A DNA stretch of 64,000 nucleotides, taken from NCBI GenBank assembly GCA_028534125.1, contig CM052817.1, positions 5,148,001-5,212,000 of the forward strand, in the 5' to 3' direction. Source of the DNA: Lama glama (lineage: Eukaryota). The notes below the pieces were generated by a model that was not told the origin of the DNA, made no database searches, and was given only the letters and a program-made list of their open reading frames with translations. The position numbers and the translations under genes were made by a program. Positions 47,983 to 60,378 of this stretch are shown piece after piece. The number at the start of each line of letters is the position of its first letter. The first letter of the stretch is position 1.

Positions 47983-48952
47983 TTTCAGAGTGAGAGGGTT
48001 GTACAGTCCCCCCCAACCCCAGCCCCCCGCCACACAGCCCCCTAAAGAGGCTGAGCACTGGTGGGGTCGGGGGGGAGTGGAAGTTACTCGGGACATTTCA
48101 TCCTAATTGTTACCAAGCTTGTTTAACCTCTCAGGGTCCCACTCCCTGATCCCAGAGAACAGTTTGGGCCTGACATGTTTCGATGTAGCATTCCCGTCTG
48201 GAAAAGAAATTATTTACGGGCCCCGATTAGTCGGTCCTGAGGAGTTTAAAAGAAGGGAGGTGGGGCGGGAACAGAGTGCTCTGTTATCAACGGCCACGTT
48301 ATAAGTCTGGGACTTCCACCGCAGGGAGTGGCTGCTGTATGGAATTGATACACAGGGAGATTTATAAGGTCAAGTTTTATGAGCCTGCAGATTCTCGTGG
48401 CGTATTACCACATCCTTATTACAAGCTCATGCTGCTGTCCAGTTAAACCAATGGAGCTAATATATTACTTCTGCCTGCCTGGGCCTCAGACTTGAAGGAA
48501 ACAGTGCAAATAAAATACTGCCTTTGGGAATCGATCAGGTCCTGTTTTTTTTTCTGGACAAATGACTTTGGTTGCTGCCACCTCTCCCTAACCCACTGTT
48601 TGGTTTGTGTGCCCAGAACAATGCCTTGGGCGTGGCCCCGGTGGGACACTTCTCCAGCTGACCCTGGTGGGACATCACTCCAACCCTGGCGGGGACAGCT
48701 GCAGGGGCCTTGTGCAGACACTTCACAAAGGGATGGCTCTTCACTGCTGTCACACTAACAGGCCTATAAATTAAGGCTGGGTTGTCTGTCTTTGGGCTGT
48801 TTTCACAGATAGATGGAGGCAGTCTGAGCCAGGACGTGCTCAGGCTGCTGTGGGCATGTGTCCCCTTGGCTCCGGGCCTCTGGAGCCTAGGACAGGGGAG
48901 GCTTTGAGGGGCACAATATGGCAAAGCCAGAGATGGGCACAGCCAGACACCG

Positions 48953-49080
48953 TGGAGCACCTGAAGAGAGGTATCATCCATGCCCGGGTCCTCATGCTAC
49001 AGACAACTGAGGCACAGAGAGGTTATGTGACTTGCCCAAGGTCACAAAGCAAGTCAGTGCTACGTGGACATGAACCCAGG
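48953..49080 (-). mobile_element. MIR-family fragment, copy 1 of a local duplication
   Basis: ~85% identical to 50306-50430 by hand alignment. Confidence 0.85.
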
Positions 49081-49227
49081 TTGGGCAGCAGTGGTTCAGG
49101 CCCCACATCCAAGACCAGTGCAACACGTGGACGTGATTTCCAATCCTTCTCAGTTACAGATGACACCAGGATGACCTTTTGTCCAAATATGCATATTTGC
49201 TCCTCTTTGCAATGAATGAACTGATCT

Positions 49228-49283
49228 ACACACACACGCACACACACGCACACACACATACACACACATACACACATACACAC
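49228..49283. repeat. Interrupted (CA)n
   Basis: acacacacacgcacacacacgcacacacacatacac... Confidence 0.92.
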
Positions 49284-50096
49284 CTCTGGTTCTCAAGCCA
49301 GGGGAAATGCTGACAGCAACTGGCTGAGATGGCTCCCTGGGAGTCTGTAATGTCCACGGCGTGAGGCCCTGCTCTCTCCCTCCATTCTGCCCTGGCCACA
49401 CCGTGCCCCACCCCAGGTGCTGTCAGAACCCGGGACCAGAAAAATCTGAGGCTCTTGATCCACGCCGGTGGCCAACGGCAGACGAGAATTGACCGGAGGG
49501 TCAGCCCTACAGGGTTCTTGTCCACTCTGCTCCTACCTGCTTCATGACCACAGGCAAGCCCCCGCCCCTCTCCGGGCCTCATTTTTGCTTCCCTAAAATA
49601 AAAGTTCATTTCTAGAAAACAATTTGCTCATCTGTATAGAGTCTCCAATAATTTTGATTCAGGAATTGTTCTTCGGGGAATCGATCTTACAGAAATATTT
49701 AGATATATGTATAAATATTAGGGATAAAAGTACCTGTCCTGGTGTTATGGACACCGGCAGGTGGGAGGGAACATGAATGTCTGACCGCAGAGGGCCAGCT
49801 AAATAGATGTAAGGTCATCTAGCTAATGGAATGCTATGCAGTCATTAAATATTTATCTTTGTGATGAATTTGTAACGACACTGGAAAAGGGGGTTGTTGG
49901 AATGCTCACAGATGAAGCAGGATACTGGGATGGCTCAATACTGGCCCTTGAAAAGTTGATGAAGACTCAGGTGCTGGGAGCTAAGCCCCAGAAATTAAGG
50001 CTCCTCCCACTTCCCCACCGGCCATGAGGGCAGCTGCAGACCACCCCCCCCAGAGACTGAATCCAATCTTGCCTGCAGTGTGTCAGGCACAAGTTT

Positions 50097-50203
50097 GTTT
50101 TTTATTTATTAAAGTATACTCAGTTTACAACGTAGTGTCAGTTTCTGGTGTACAGCATGTGTTTCAGTCATACGTGAACATACATATATTCCTTTTCATA
50201 TTC
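50097..50203 (-). mobile_element. Short L1 3'-end insertion with TSD
   Basis: cagtttacaacgtagtgtcagtttctggtgtacagca ... attccttttcatattc; flanks tcaggcacaagttt / tcaggcatgacttt. Confidence 0.85.
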
Positions 50204-50305
50204 TCAGGCATGACTTTGGACCACCCTCCACGAGCTACATGCAGGCAATGAAGCCAGTAGGCACCTTCACAGACCTGCTGTTGGTCATAGAGGAACAAAG
50301 CCACA

Positions 50306-50430
50306 TGGAGCATCTGCAGAGTATCATCCACACCCAGGTCTTCATTCTGTAGACAGCTGAGGCACAGAGAGGTTATGTGACTTGCCCTGGATCACACAGC
50401 AAGTTGGTGCTGCCTGGACGTGAACCCAGG
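50306..50430 (-). mobile_element. MIR-family fragment, copy 2 of a local duplication
   Basis: Shares a 31-bp identical block ctgaggcacagagaggttatgtgacttgccc with 48953-49080. Confidence 0.85.
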
Positions 50431-51736
50431 CAGGTCCACCTCTCCAAGCCCGGGGCCCATTCACAGCGAGGTCTAGCCGCTCTGAGCCCAGTGCTGGGGA
50501 CTCAGCACGGAGCACCCCCTTGGGCTGGCTGTATTTATTGTGATCTCTGACTCAGCACAGGATGAGGCTAAGTAGGGCTAGGGAAGGTGGGAGAAGTAGG
50601 GTGTTGGACTTGGGGCCGGGAATTAACAGGTGTGCAGCCTCCCCACATGTCAGGCACTGGGCCGGACACCACACACATGATAGAACGAACATGTGTGAGC
50701 GGCTCACCTGGACTCGCTGCTTCCCACCTAGGACCTCATTAAATCTGCACTGCCTCCTACCCTATTATCACCCCTACTTACAGGTGGAGAATCTTCCTTG
50801 CTCAAGATTGGCAGAGCTGAGATTCAAACAAGACAGACGTGCTCCAGAGCCTGCTGGAACTCCCCATTCCGGCCCCACAACAATGTGCCCTGCCAGTTAC
50901 TCTCCCTCTGCCTCAGTCCCCACTGGATCCACCGCAGTGACAAACTAATCCCCAATCTTAAAGATACAGTCTGCCACAGGCCTGGTGGCTCTCCACGCAG
51001 CCCTTCCACGCCCTGACCTGGGGACTCGGTCAGCTGTCTAAGACCAAAAATGGCTCCATCCCAGTGTTCCCCATGGCCCTGCCGGCCCTGCCCTTCCCGG
51101 GCCCCGGCAGCACAAGAGACTAGAGGGAGCATGGTGTGGTCCTCTAGGGTGGCTTGTCTGGGGCTCAGCCAGGACTCCTGATCACAGAGCCGTCATCACA
51201 GGGAGAAGGGGAGCAGGACGCAGAGAAGTGGGTGTTCTCCCCACTGACCAATTTGAGGGCATCTGAGAAACCCGTCCTGGACGTGCCCAGGTGCTTCCTC
51301 CTCACTGACAGTCATGAAATTAGGGCAAGTCTGAGAAGGCCTGTCAGCCACCTTCTGCCTGCACAGAACTGGGTCCGTTCCCACTGGAGGTGTGCCCTTG
51401 ATGACCCGAGGTCCTGCAGGATCCCCCAAGAAACTGGACTGGAGGGCAAGCGCTTCCACCTGAAGCCATCTTAGCCACTGGCTCACAGGCTGGGAAGCTG
51501 GCCCTTGGGTGGCATGGCCCCGGGGTTCCTTCTGGAGACCGGGAGTGCATGATGAATTCACCCTGTCCCCTGATGGGCATCCTTAGAGAGCAGGAGCCAC
51601 AGAGAGAGGAGGTGGAGCCTGCTTCTTTCGAGATGTCAAAACCTTAGCCCGTGGTCACGCGATCCCCTGACACCCTGTAGGGCTGGTGGGACTTCCCAAC
51701 TCTCATGAGACAAGGCAGGACTCAGGAAGGGGCACG

Positions 51737-52658
51737 TGGTAGAGGGTTGCCCCAGTGGCGTGATTTCCACCCCTTCGTCTCCTTTGCCACTTGACTTTGC
51801 AGTCCCTTTCACTGAAGAAACCAAGTCTTACAGGCACTCCTTGTTTTATTGCGCTGCACAGATACTGAGTCTTTACAAACTGAAGGTTGGTGGCCACCCT
51901 GCGTCGAGCAAGTCTATCGGCATCATTCTTCCAACAGCGTTTGCTCACTTCATGTCCCTGTGTCACATTTTGGTCATTCTCGCAATATTTCAAACTCCCC
52001 ACCAGCCAAAAGGTCATGACTCGCTGAAGGCTCAGATGAAGGCTAGCATTTTTTAGCAGTAAAGAATTTTTAAATGAAGGTACGTACATTGTCTTTTTAG
52101 ACATAATGCTATTACACAGGTAACAGACAAGTGCAAACATAACTTCTACGTGCACTGGAAAACCAAAACATTCAAGCAACTCACTTCATTGTGATATTCG
52201 CTTTATTACAGTGGTCTGGAACCGACCCCACGCAGTCTTGGGGGTCTGCCTGTGTCTCTCTTCCCCGAGCTCATCCACTGGACAGGTGTTAGCCAAAAGG
52301 ATGTGAGGGAACATGACCCATGCACAAACTTGAGAAGATGCTGGTGTGTTTCCCTGCTGCTCTCGCTCCTCTGCCTTGGCTGCAAGAACCTGCCTGGGCT
52401 GGTGTCTGGAGGAGACGCCAGAGCAGCCCCATTCTCCCATCCCTCCAGCTGTCCCAGATCAGGGGCCACTCCAGATCAGCCAACCTGCCAACAGCTGTCA
52501 GGAACGAAAGAGACCCCACTGAGCCCAGAAGACTCGCTCAGCTGAGCCCCGCCGGGATCACCCGCCCACGCACGGGAGAACGCGGCGCTTCCTTGTGCGA
52601 GGCACTGAGTGTGAGAGTCTGGTTGTGCTGCGTCGGGGTGGCCATAAATAACTATCCC
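51737..52658 (+). mobile_element. MLT1G-like LTR interrupted by a Tigger element
   Basis: tgactttgcagtccctttcactgaaga before the insertion; tagccaaaaggatgtgag, ctcctctgcc, ctcagctgagccc after it. Confidence 0.6.
51831..52252 (+). mobile_element. Internally deleted Tigger1-type Tc1/mariner element (MITE)
   Basis: TA|CAGGCA ... TGCCTG|TG ends; tttacaaactgaaggtt...accctgcgtcgagcaagtctatcggc (5' arm) fused to gactcgctgaaggctcagatga ... gatattcgctttatt (3' arm). Confidence 0.92.
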
Positions 52659-53569
52659 CACTTGCACGAGCTCGTCAGAGCTGGGAAGGACCCTAGTAAA
52701 ATCTCACCCAGGGATTTTAAACTGCTTTTTTAGGAATGTGTCAGATCCATGTTTCATATGTCCATGTTTTAATACAGTTGTTAACTATTATAGAGAAATA
52801 AAAAACAAACCCAGACTCAAATAGATGGAGACCAGATTTTTACACTCGGGAGGGCACCACAAACGTGTTATAATTGAGACTCCCAGGTTAACTAGGTTTT
52901 GTTGGGACATAAAAAGAGAGGGAAAAAACCTCTCCTTCCCCTCTATGTGACTAAAGAACTACAGGAGCCCACGAGACAAGATGTGTTACCATTTCCACTG
53001 TTTAGGTCTGTGAGTGAGGGTTCCTTTCAAAACTGAATCCAAATAGACTTCAGAAATAAACTAGCTTTAGAGGCACAGAAAGCAAGTCTCAGGCAAAACT
53101 CTTTGTTTTAAACATCTGTGTTCAAAACTCCACTGTCCTCACTGCATGGCTGTATAAGTGAACGTCACTGTGGACTAACGAAACGCCACCGATGTCATGT
53201 TATTTCCCAGAACTCTGTATCTGAAGCCTTAGGGGGGAATGGCCGGGCGCTTGGTCCCCCACCCCCTGCTCTGGGCGTAGTCATTGGCTGGAAGGAGGGG
53301 CTGTGGCCGTGAGGTAGGCACCGCAGGGGATCCCAAAGTGAGGCCCCTGAGGCTGCAGCCAAGTCCACTCCCCCTGGTTCATTCCCCAGAAGAGGTATCT
53401 GAGCAGCTGCCCCCAAAGCACCTGCCGCTCTGGGGGCTCAGTTCCATTCAGGACGAATCCCTTTGCTGTCTCCTGGGGGCATAACCATGAAGCTGAAGTC
53501 TGAATCAAATTCAGAACGGAATTCTGAGACCTAGAACACTTGTGCTATTAAGAACTCAAGGCATTCGAT

Positions 53570-53850
53570 CACTCATTCATTCATTCATTCATTCACCGGC
53601 CAACACTTAGAGCCAGCCTTCTGTGCCAGGCACTCAGCCAGCACCGGGGATTCTAGTCTGGCCTGGTCTTTGTGGAGTCGCACTTCAGCAGAGCAGAAAG
53701 GGAGTACGGTGCAGGAGAAGGTCCAAGGCCCCTGGAGTTGCCAGGGCAGAGTTGGAAACCTGATCTCCCTTCTCCAAGCTGTGTGACCTGGTGCCAGTTG
53801 CTTGACTTTTCTGAGCCCTGATATCCTCATGGGTAACACGGTTAAACTCA
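53570..53850. mobile_element. L2 3' end with (TCAT)n (minus) and a MIR (plus)
   Basis: tcattcattcattcattcattca ... ttctgtgccaggcact; gctgtgtgacctggtgccagttgcttgactttt. Confidence 0.75.
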
Positions 53851-54044
53851 CATCTAGTAAAATGCCTGATTGCTTCAGAGACACTCAAAAAATCATTAAT
53901 TCCTTCCTCCTTCCCTGCCAAGTTTGTTTGTTTGTTTTTAGGTTGCAAATACCCAGTAAATTATAAGCCACGTACTACTGCTTCCCCCAACTCCACCCCC
54001 GCTGCATCTCTGATTTGTACTCGTCCTTCATCCGCATTGCTGCA

Positions 54045-54270
54045 TCTCTGTTAACTCCCTACGGCTGCTGTAACCACACCGGCTGGTTTAACAGAACTGA
54101 AATCGATCAGTCTTTATTCTTTCAGTTCTGGAGGCTGAGAAATCGAGGGGCCAGCAGGGCCATACTTCCTCCAATGTTTCCAGGGAAAGACCCCTGCCTC
54201 TTCCAGCTTCTGGTGTTTCCAGATATTCCTTGGGTGCTGACCCCATCACTCCAATCTCTGCCTCTGTCTG
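54045..54270 (-). mobile_element. MLT1 (C/D-like) LTR fragment
   Basis: ggctgctgtaac; cagttctggaggctgagaaatc; cagcagggcca; gcctcttccagcttctggtg; catcactccaatctctgcctct. Confidence 0.85.
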
Positions 54271-55224
54271 CTGCACACAGCGGGGTGTCACTCCTGGACT
54301 TTGCTTCAGATGTGTAAGGTCCCCCATCTGTAAAACCATTGATGTCTCTGTCCCCAATGCCGGGCGCTTTCTTCTGTCTTGACGCTGGGTGGGCACAGGG
54401 CTTATAGGCCTACAGCGTGCAGCCCAGCAGGTGGGAATCCTCTCAGTAAAGCTTCCTCGAGTCCATCGGAAGTCTTATTATCAACTGCAACTACTCTCCC
54501 ACTTCAGAGATGAGAAAGTTGAGGTGCAGAAAAGCAGGGTGACTTGCCCATGACTGCAGTGCTGTGACCCCGTGGTCCAGTCTCCTGTGGGTGCTCCGCG
54601 TTTTCTGACACATGCTCAACGACAGCTTGTGCCCCTGCCAACGTTCCGGGCCTGGGCTCTGTAGCTGCAGCGGCTGAAATCTGTTTTACATTTTGCACAG
54701 CAAATGATGCCAAGTCTCCAGCCCAGAGCCGTTTACAATTCCTCTGGGCCTCGAGGACAACGCTTGGGAAAAACACTCGCTTTGCCGTTTCCCTGCTGTG
54801 GTCATTCAAGGCCCAGTGCACCCAGAGCAGGCCTGTGGCCCAGGGGACGGCCTGCCGGGAGCCTGGGGCTGCGGGGAGTGCCCTCCTCCCTCCTCTTCAT
54901 TTTGCCCCCTCTTCATCTCCCAAAGGCCTCTGGGTGAGTGTAGTCCATAACGCGAACTCTGGACTTGGCCCTGATCTAACCCATTTACAGCCAAGAAGAA
55001 AAACTCCCGACTCCTCACATAAAATGTTTTACACAGGCCTGCACTCCAGGTCCTCGGTGACAAAGCCATGCTCCAAACCATCAAAGGTAAGTTGGGGGTT
55101 ACCCGGGGCTGTGACCGCCCATCAGATTCCAGGGGCATGAATAGAGCAGGTTCAGGAAGCCCCAAGTCTTCTCTGAGGACAGTAATCCTGGGGCCACGAG
55201 ATATGAGTATGTGGAGAACTTCCA

Positions 55225-55620
55225 GAGACCCAGCTGGGGAGTTATAGGCTCAAGGGCCTAAAAGATTTGGCAGGAAACATAAGCGAGCAAAGTGGAATCA
55301 GCATGAGGCAGTAGGGAGTGGTGGGGACTGTGGTGAAGGGGAGAGCCCGGGCCTGTCTCCAGGGCAACCATTCTCAGCTCTGGCTCAGAGTTGCTAGGCA
55401 GAGTGCAGGCCCCACGCACCCAGGGCTTCTAACTTGTCAAGAGAAATGGAAAATCTAAACTTTCTGGTGAAACTGTTCACGTTTTCTAGATGTTTTCTTG
55501 AAATTCTTCAATTTTTCCATATTGGCAATTTATTCAGACTTTTCGGAAAAACACTGTGTTGTCTGACAAAACACACACCTGGGCTATTTTACAGGCCTTG
55601 GGCCACCACTCTGAGACCAG
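55225..55620. mobile_element. MER102-like hAT-Charlie element
   Basis: agggagtggtggggactgtgg; tcaagagaaatggaaaatct; ttggcaatttattca; aaaacactgtg ... acaaaacacacacctg. Confidence 0.75.
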
Positions 55621-55769
55621 TTGAGGAGCAGGGGTGCCATGACTTCTCATCATCTCTGATCTCTCCGGAGCAGGTGCTCCTTGGTGAAGTCACACACCCA
55701 GCATGGCACCCCATCCCCTCAGAACTGGTATCTTCTTGTCCACAAGACACTCCTTTACTGACTTCATCC

Positions 55770-56130
55770 CATCTTATGATTTCAACATCAGCAGATGCTC
55801 CCAGACTGGTATTTCCAGGCTTTTCCTCTCCTGTGAGGCCCAGGCTCAAGTGTCCAACTTCCTGTCTGACACATTTATTTGGATGTCTAATAGCTTCCTC
55901 AAATTTAACATGACCTTAACCCAACCACAGAGGGTCCCCATTGTCCCAAACCTGTTATTTCTATCTTCTTCCACATCACAGTAAATGCTAACTGTATCCT
56001 AGAACATCCGGCTGAGCCCAGCCTAGCTCAGCCAACCTCCAGTCACCCTGCAGATGCATGATGGCTATTTGAAGTCACTAAGTTTCAGGGGGACAATTTG
56101 TTACACAGCAACAGCTGGCTGATATACTTC
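55770..56130 (+). mobile_element. L2 fragment followed by an MLT1 3' end
   Basis: tccaacttcctgtctgaca ... tggatgtctaatagcttcctcaaatttaacatg; gctgagcccagcctagctcagcc ... ttgttacacagcaacagctggctgatatac. Confidence 0.75.
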
Positions 56131-57150
56131 CTGTGTGGTAGCATCTTTTCTTCCACTACAATCACTTTTCTTGCCACCATGCTCAAATTTTGAGGGACAT
56201 ATTGTTCAACACTAGGCAAAAACAAGGGCAGCATGGTTGACAAGCACACAAGAGTAGAGAACAGCTCATACTGAGAAGAATCTGGAAGCCCTCTGGGATC
56301 AACAGTATCTGAAATACACTCTTTTTGTTGACAATATACATGTGATTCTGAGATCCTGTGGATTTTATTTGGAATGTAACTAGAGACTTTTCCCACTCAT
56401 CATTTTATTTAGGAAAAATGTTATGTTGAGTTACTTGAATGTAAATATAATTTTTTCTTATGTAAACACTGACAAAAAATAAAATACTATGAGACACAGA
56501 TAGTCTATAGAATTTGGGTATTAAAAAAAGAGAGCCTCCTGGGAAGACATTGACTGGTGAGGGGAGCCTGTATTTCCTCAACACTAAGACACCCCCAATG
56601 ATAAGAGGCATCATTGAATTAATAACAGCTTTCCTTCAGCTGCAAAAAAGCAAAACATTCCTTGTACATTCAGATCTTGGCACCCCAGATGCAGAAGAGT
56701 TAAACAGACACAATTTTACCCTAGATCTGAGGATACACGCACGTGCTCACAGACACAGGCATGCACAGAGACACAGCAGCTGTTCCCCTTGAAATTCCCA
56801 GCTGGTGCTGATGGCAGAGTCTGGTCAGACCAAGTGTGTCATTCCAAAGCACCTCGGATCACTTCAAGCAAGATGACAAAGCCTGGTGTGGCCACTTCAC
56901 TTTGATCTGTGTCAGACCCTAAATGGGGATGCATCTGAGCTACCGGCCAAATACTCCCCTGAACTTGGGACTGGGGGCTGGATTCAGTCTCCATCTGCAT
57001 CATCCTCTGGGTCCTGCCATGGAGGAACGCAGCTCTCTGTTTGATAAGCCTGGAGAAGCCTCCAGAAGTTCTCCCAACACCTAACTATTTTCCTCACTAC
57101 CACTCACCAGGCGTTCAATTCCACTATTAAACTCTTGGATTTTTTTCCTC

Positions 57151-57441
57151 TTTATTTTTTTTTATTGAAATAGAGTCAGTTTACAATGTTGTGTAAATTT
57201 CTGGTGCACAGCACAATGTTTCAGTCATACATACACATATTCCTTTTCATATTCTTTTTCATTATAGGTTATTACAAGACATTGAGTATAGTTCCCTGTG
57301 CTGTACGGTAGAAACTTGTTTATTTATTTTATATATAGTAGTTAGTATCTGCAAATCCCAAACTCCCAACTAATCCCTTTCCACACCCTTTCTTCTCTGA
57401 TAACCGTAAGTTTGTTTTCTATGTCTGTAAGTCTCTTTCTG
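57151..57441 (-). mobile_element. 5'-truncated L1 3' end (cetartiodactyl type) with probable TSD
   Basis: cagtttacaatgttgtgtaaatttctggtg; atagttccctgtgctgtac; aagtttgttttctatgtctgt; flanks ttggattttttt at 57135 and 57442. Confidence 0.9.
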
Positions 57442-58714
57442 TTGGATTTTTTTTTCTTTTTAATCTGGAAGAAGCCTTAGAAATCATTTGTGTCCATCAA
57501 GGTTTAACCAGGAAAGTTGAAGTCAATTTCAGACTGACAAGGGAGCAAATGTGTGAGGTAGCACAGAAATTAGCAATAGCAGAAGCTTCAGGCACCCCAA
57601 GGATGGGGAACAAAGTGGGGGTGCTACAGAGCAGGGAGCCAGGGGGACCCTGAAGAGCCAGGACCACAGTGGGCTGGAGCTGATCACAGTGTGGAAGCTG
57701 AGTCCTGCAGGAGGCAAGGCTGCGTCCAGAGACCCTGGGAGGCAGAGGGAAGGGAGGATATCCTGCTCCTCTTCCCCTCCCTGGTCTGTCCCCAGGCTTC
57801 CTTCCAGAGGCTTCCATTTGTTGAACCCAGGCAGAACCCAGCTGCCTGGGAGTTGCAGCCTGTGGGGATCAGCCCCTGGAGATACAGAGCAGGGCAGGGG
57901 ATGGGTTAGGAATGGACTTGAAAGAAACTGGCCTCCAGAAGTCTCCAGTCAGCCCAATCTGAGGTACAGAAACGCTGAGGTCACCTATTGTTTAGGATCA
58001 GTAACTTGCGGCCACTGTGAGTTCTGGAGGAATAGAGGATAGTGTGTTAGCCATCCTTGCATTCCAGTCCCCTGGGCCAGAGTCTGGGACACAGTATGTG
58101 CACAACAAATACCTGCAGAAGGAAAAGAAGTGAATAAATGGTTAGATAAGTGAATAAACGGGACAGACGCAGAATGATGTCACTTTCCATCTGGGCTTCA
58201 GATCTCACCTCAAGAATAGTATTAGTGATAATTGGCATTTACTGCGTTTAGTGCTGTTCTGATTTTGTCCTTATATCTTTATCGTGGTATAACTGACATG
58301 CAATAAATTGTGTGTATTTCAAGTGTACAATTAATTGTGATAAGAGTCCTACATCCGTGAAATTCTCCCCACAATCAAAATGATTCAAGATCTTCAAAGT
58401 TTCCTTGTGCCCGTCCTGTCCTCTCCACCCCTAATTCAATCTCTGATCTGCTTTTTGTCACTGTAGATTAGTATGTTTTTCTTGGATTTTATATCAATGG
58501 AATCAAACATATGTACTGCCTTCAGTCTGAAATTTCATTCAGTACAATGCTTTTGAGTTCACTCATGTTGTTGCACATACCAATAGCTCATTTCTTCTTA
58601 TGGCTGACTATATTCCACTGTATGAATAGACCACCATTTGTTTTTAATGCATTCACCTGTTGATGGACATTTAGGTTGTTTTAGTGTATGGCTATTACAA
58701 ATAAATCTGCTGTG

Positions 58715-58868
58715 GGGGAAAGGGGATAGCTCAATGGTAGAGTGCCTGCTTAGCATGCATGAAGTCCTGGGTTCAGTCCCCAGGACCTCCATTAAAATGA
58801 ATGAATGAATGAATGAATAAATAAATAAACCTAATTACCTTACTCCCCCCCCCCAAAAGACTTAATGC
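58715..58868 (+). mobile_element. tRNA-derived SINE (camelid vic-1-like) with 18-bp TSD
   Basis: A-box tagctcaatgg, B-box-like ggttcagtccc, (TGAA)n(TAAA)n, C-run; TSD acaaataaatctgctgtg 58697-714 / acaaataaagctgctgtg 58869-86. Confidence 0.93.
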
Positions 58869-60173
58869 ACAAATAAAGCTGCTGTGAACATTTGCATACA
58901 AGTATTTGTATGGACATAATGCCTTTATCTCTCTTGGGTAAATATCCAGAAGTAGAATGAATAAGTAATATGGTAGCTATATGTTTAAATTTTCAAGAAA
59001 TTAGCAAACTGCTTTCCAGAACGTCACCCTTTCACACTCCTATCAGCAGAGTGGCTTTACATTCTCACCAGCACTTGGTATTGTGTCTTTTTAATTTTAG
59101 CCATTCTAGAAGGTGTGTAGTAATATCTCATTATGGTTTAAATGTGCATTTCTTTAATGATTAATAATTGGGACCATCTTTTGATACACTTGCTTTCCAT
59201 ATGACTGTTTCCTTTGGTGACGTGTCTGTCCAAATAATTTGCCCAATTTTTAAAGTTGTTTTCTTATTATTGGTTTGGAGGGTTCTTTATATATTCTAGA
59301 CACAAGATCCTTATCAATATGTGATTTACAAATATTTTCTTTCAGTTTGTGGCTTGTCTTTTTAATCATTTTAACAGCATCTTTTGAAAAACAGAAGTCA
59401 TTTATTTGAATGAAGTACAATTCATCAATTTGTTCTTAATGTATGGTACTTTTGGTGTTGTACCTATGAACCTTTGCCTAAGTCAACAAAGATCTTCCAT
59501 GATGTTTTCTTCTAGAAGTTTTGGAGTTTTAGGTTTTACATTTAAGTCTATGATGCATTTTGAGTTAAATTTTCTATGTGTTTCAGGGTATGGATTGAGG
59601 CTCATTTTTTTGCATCTGGAGATAAATTTAATCCATTATTTGGAGAAATTTTATTGCTCTTACTGCTTTGTTGAAATTCAGTTGACTATATATGTGGATA
59701 TATGAGTGGGTCTGTGTCTGGACTCTTGACTCTATTGTGGGTTTTTAAAAAAATTTATTTGTCTATTTTTATGTCAACTGCATACGCTCTTGTTCTGTAA
59801 CTTCATAATTATTCTTGAAATCAAGCAGTGTGGATCTTCCAACTCTGTTTCTTCTTAAAGTTGTTTGGGCTGGTCTAGCTCCTTTGCAATCCTACATACA
59901 TTTTAGAATCAGCTTGTCCATTTCTACCTAAAAAGCCTCCTGGGATTTTGCTTAGGAGTGCACTGAATCTGTAGATCTGTCTGGAGACAATTGACATCTT
60001 AACAGTATTGAGCCTGCCAGTGCAGGACACAGTCTAACCCTCCTTTATCTATGTTCTCTTTAATTTCTCTTACTGATGTTTTGTGGGTTTTTTTTTTTTA
60101 ACGTACAGGTCTTGAACATCTTTTGTCAATTGTATCCCTAGGAATTACTTGCCTGTTAGTCTATTGTATATGG

Positions 60174-60378
60174 CAGGGGTTGGCCAACTAGCAAAATCTC
60201 ACCCTGCTGCCGGTTTTCCTCAACAAACTTCCATTGGAACACAGCCACACCCATTTATTTACATATTATGAGGCTGCCTTTGCCCTACAACTACAGAGTA
60301 AAGCAGTTGTGACAAAGACTGTCTGTAGGCCACAAGCCCATTCTCTGGTCCATGACAGAAAAAGTTAGCTGACCCTTG
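60174..60378 (+). mobile_element. MER58A-like MITE inside the L1
   Basis: caggggttggccaacta ... attggaacacagccacacccatttatttacatatt ... agaaaaagttagctgacccttg. Confidence 0.88.

Noticed and set aside
58715..58790. tRNA gene
   Set aside because: The tRNA-like head is followed by a SINE body and tail and flanked by a TSD; the same applies to 42190-42263
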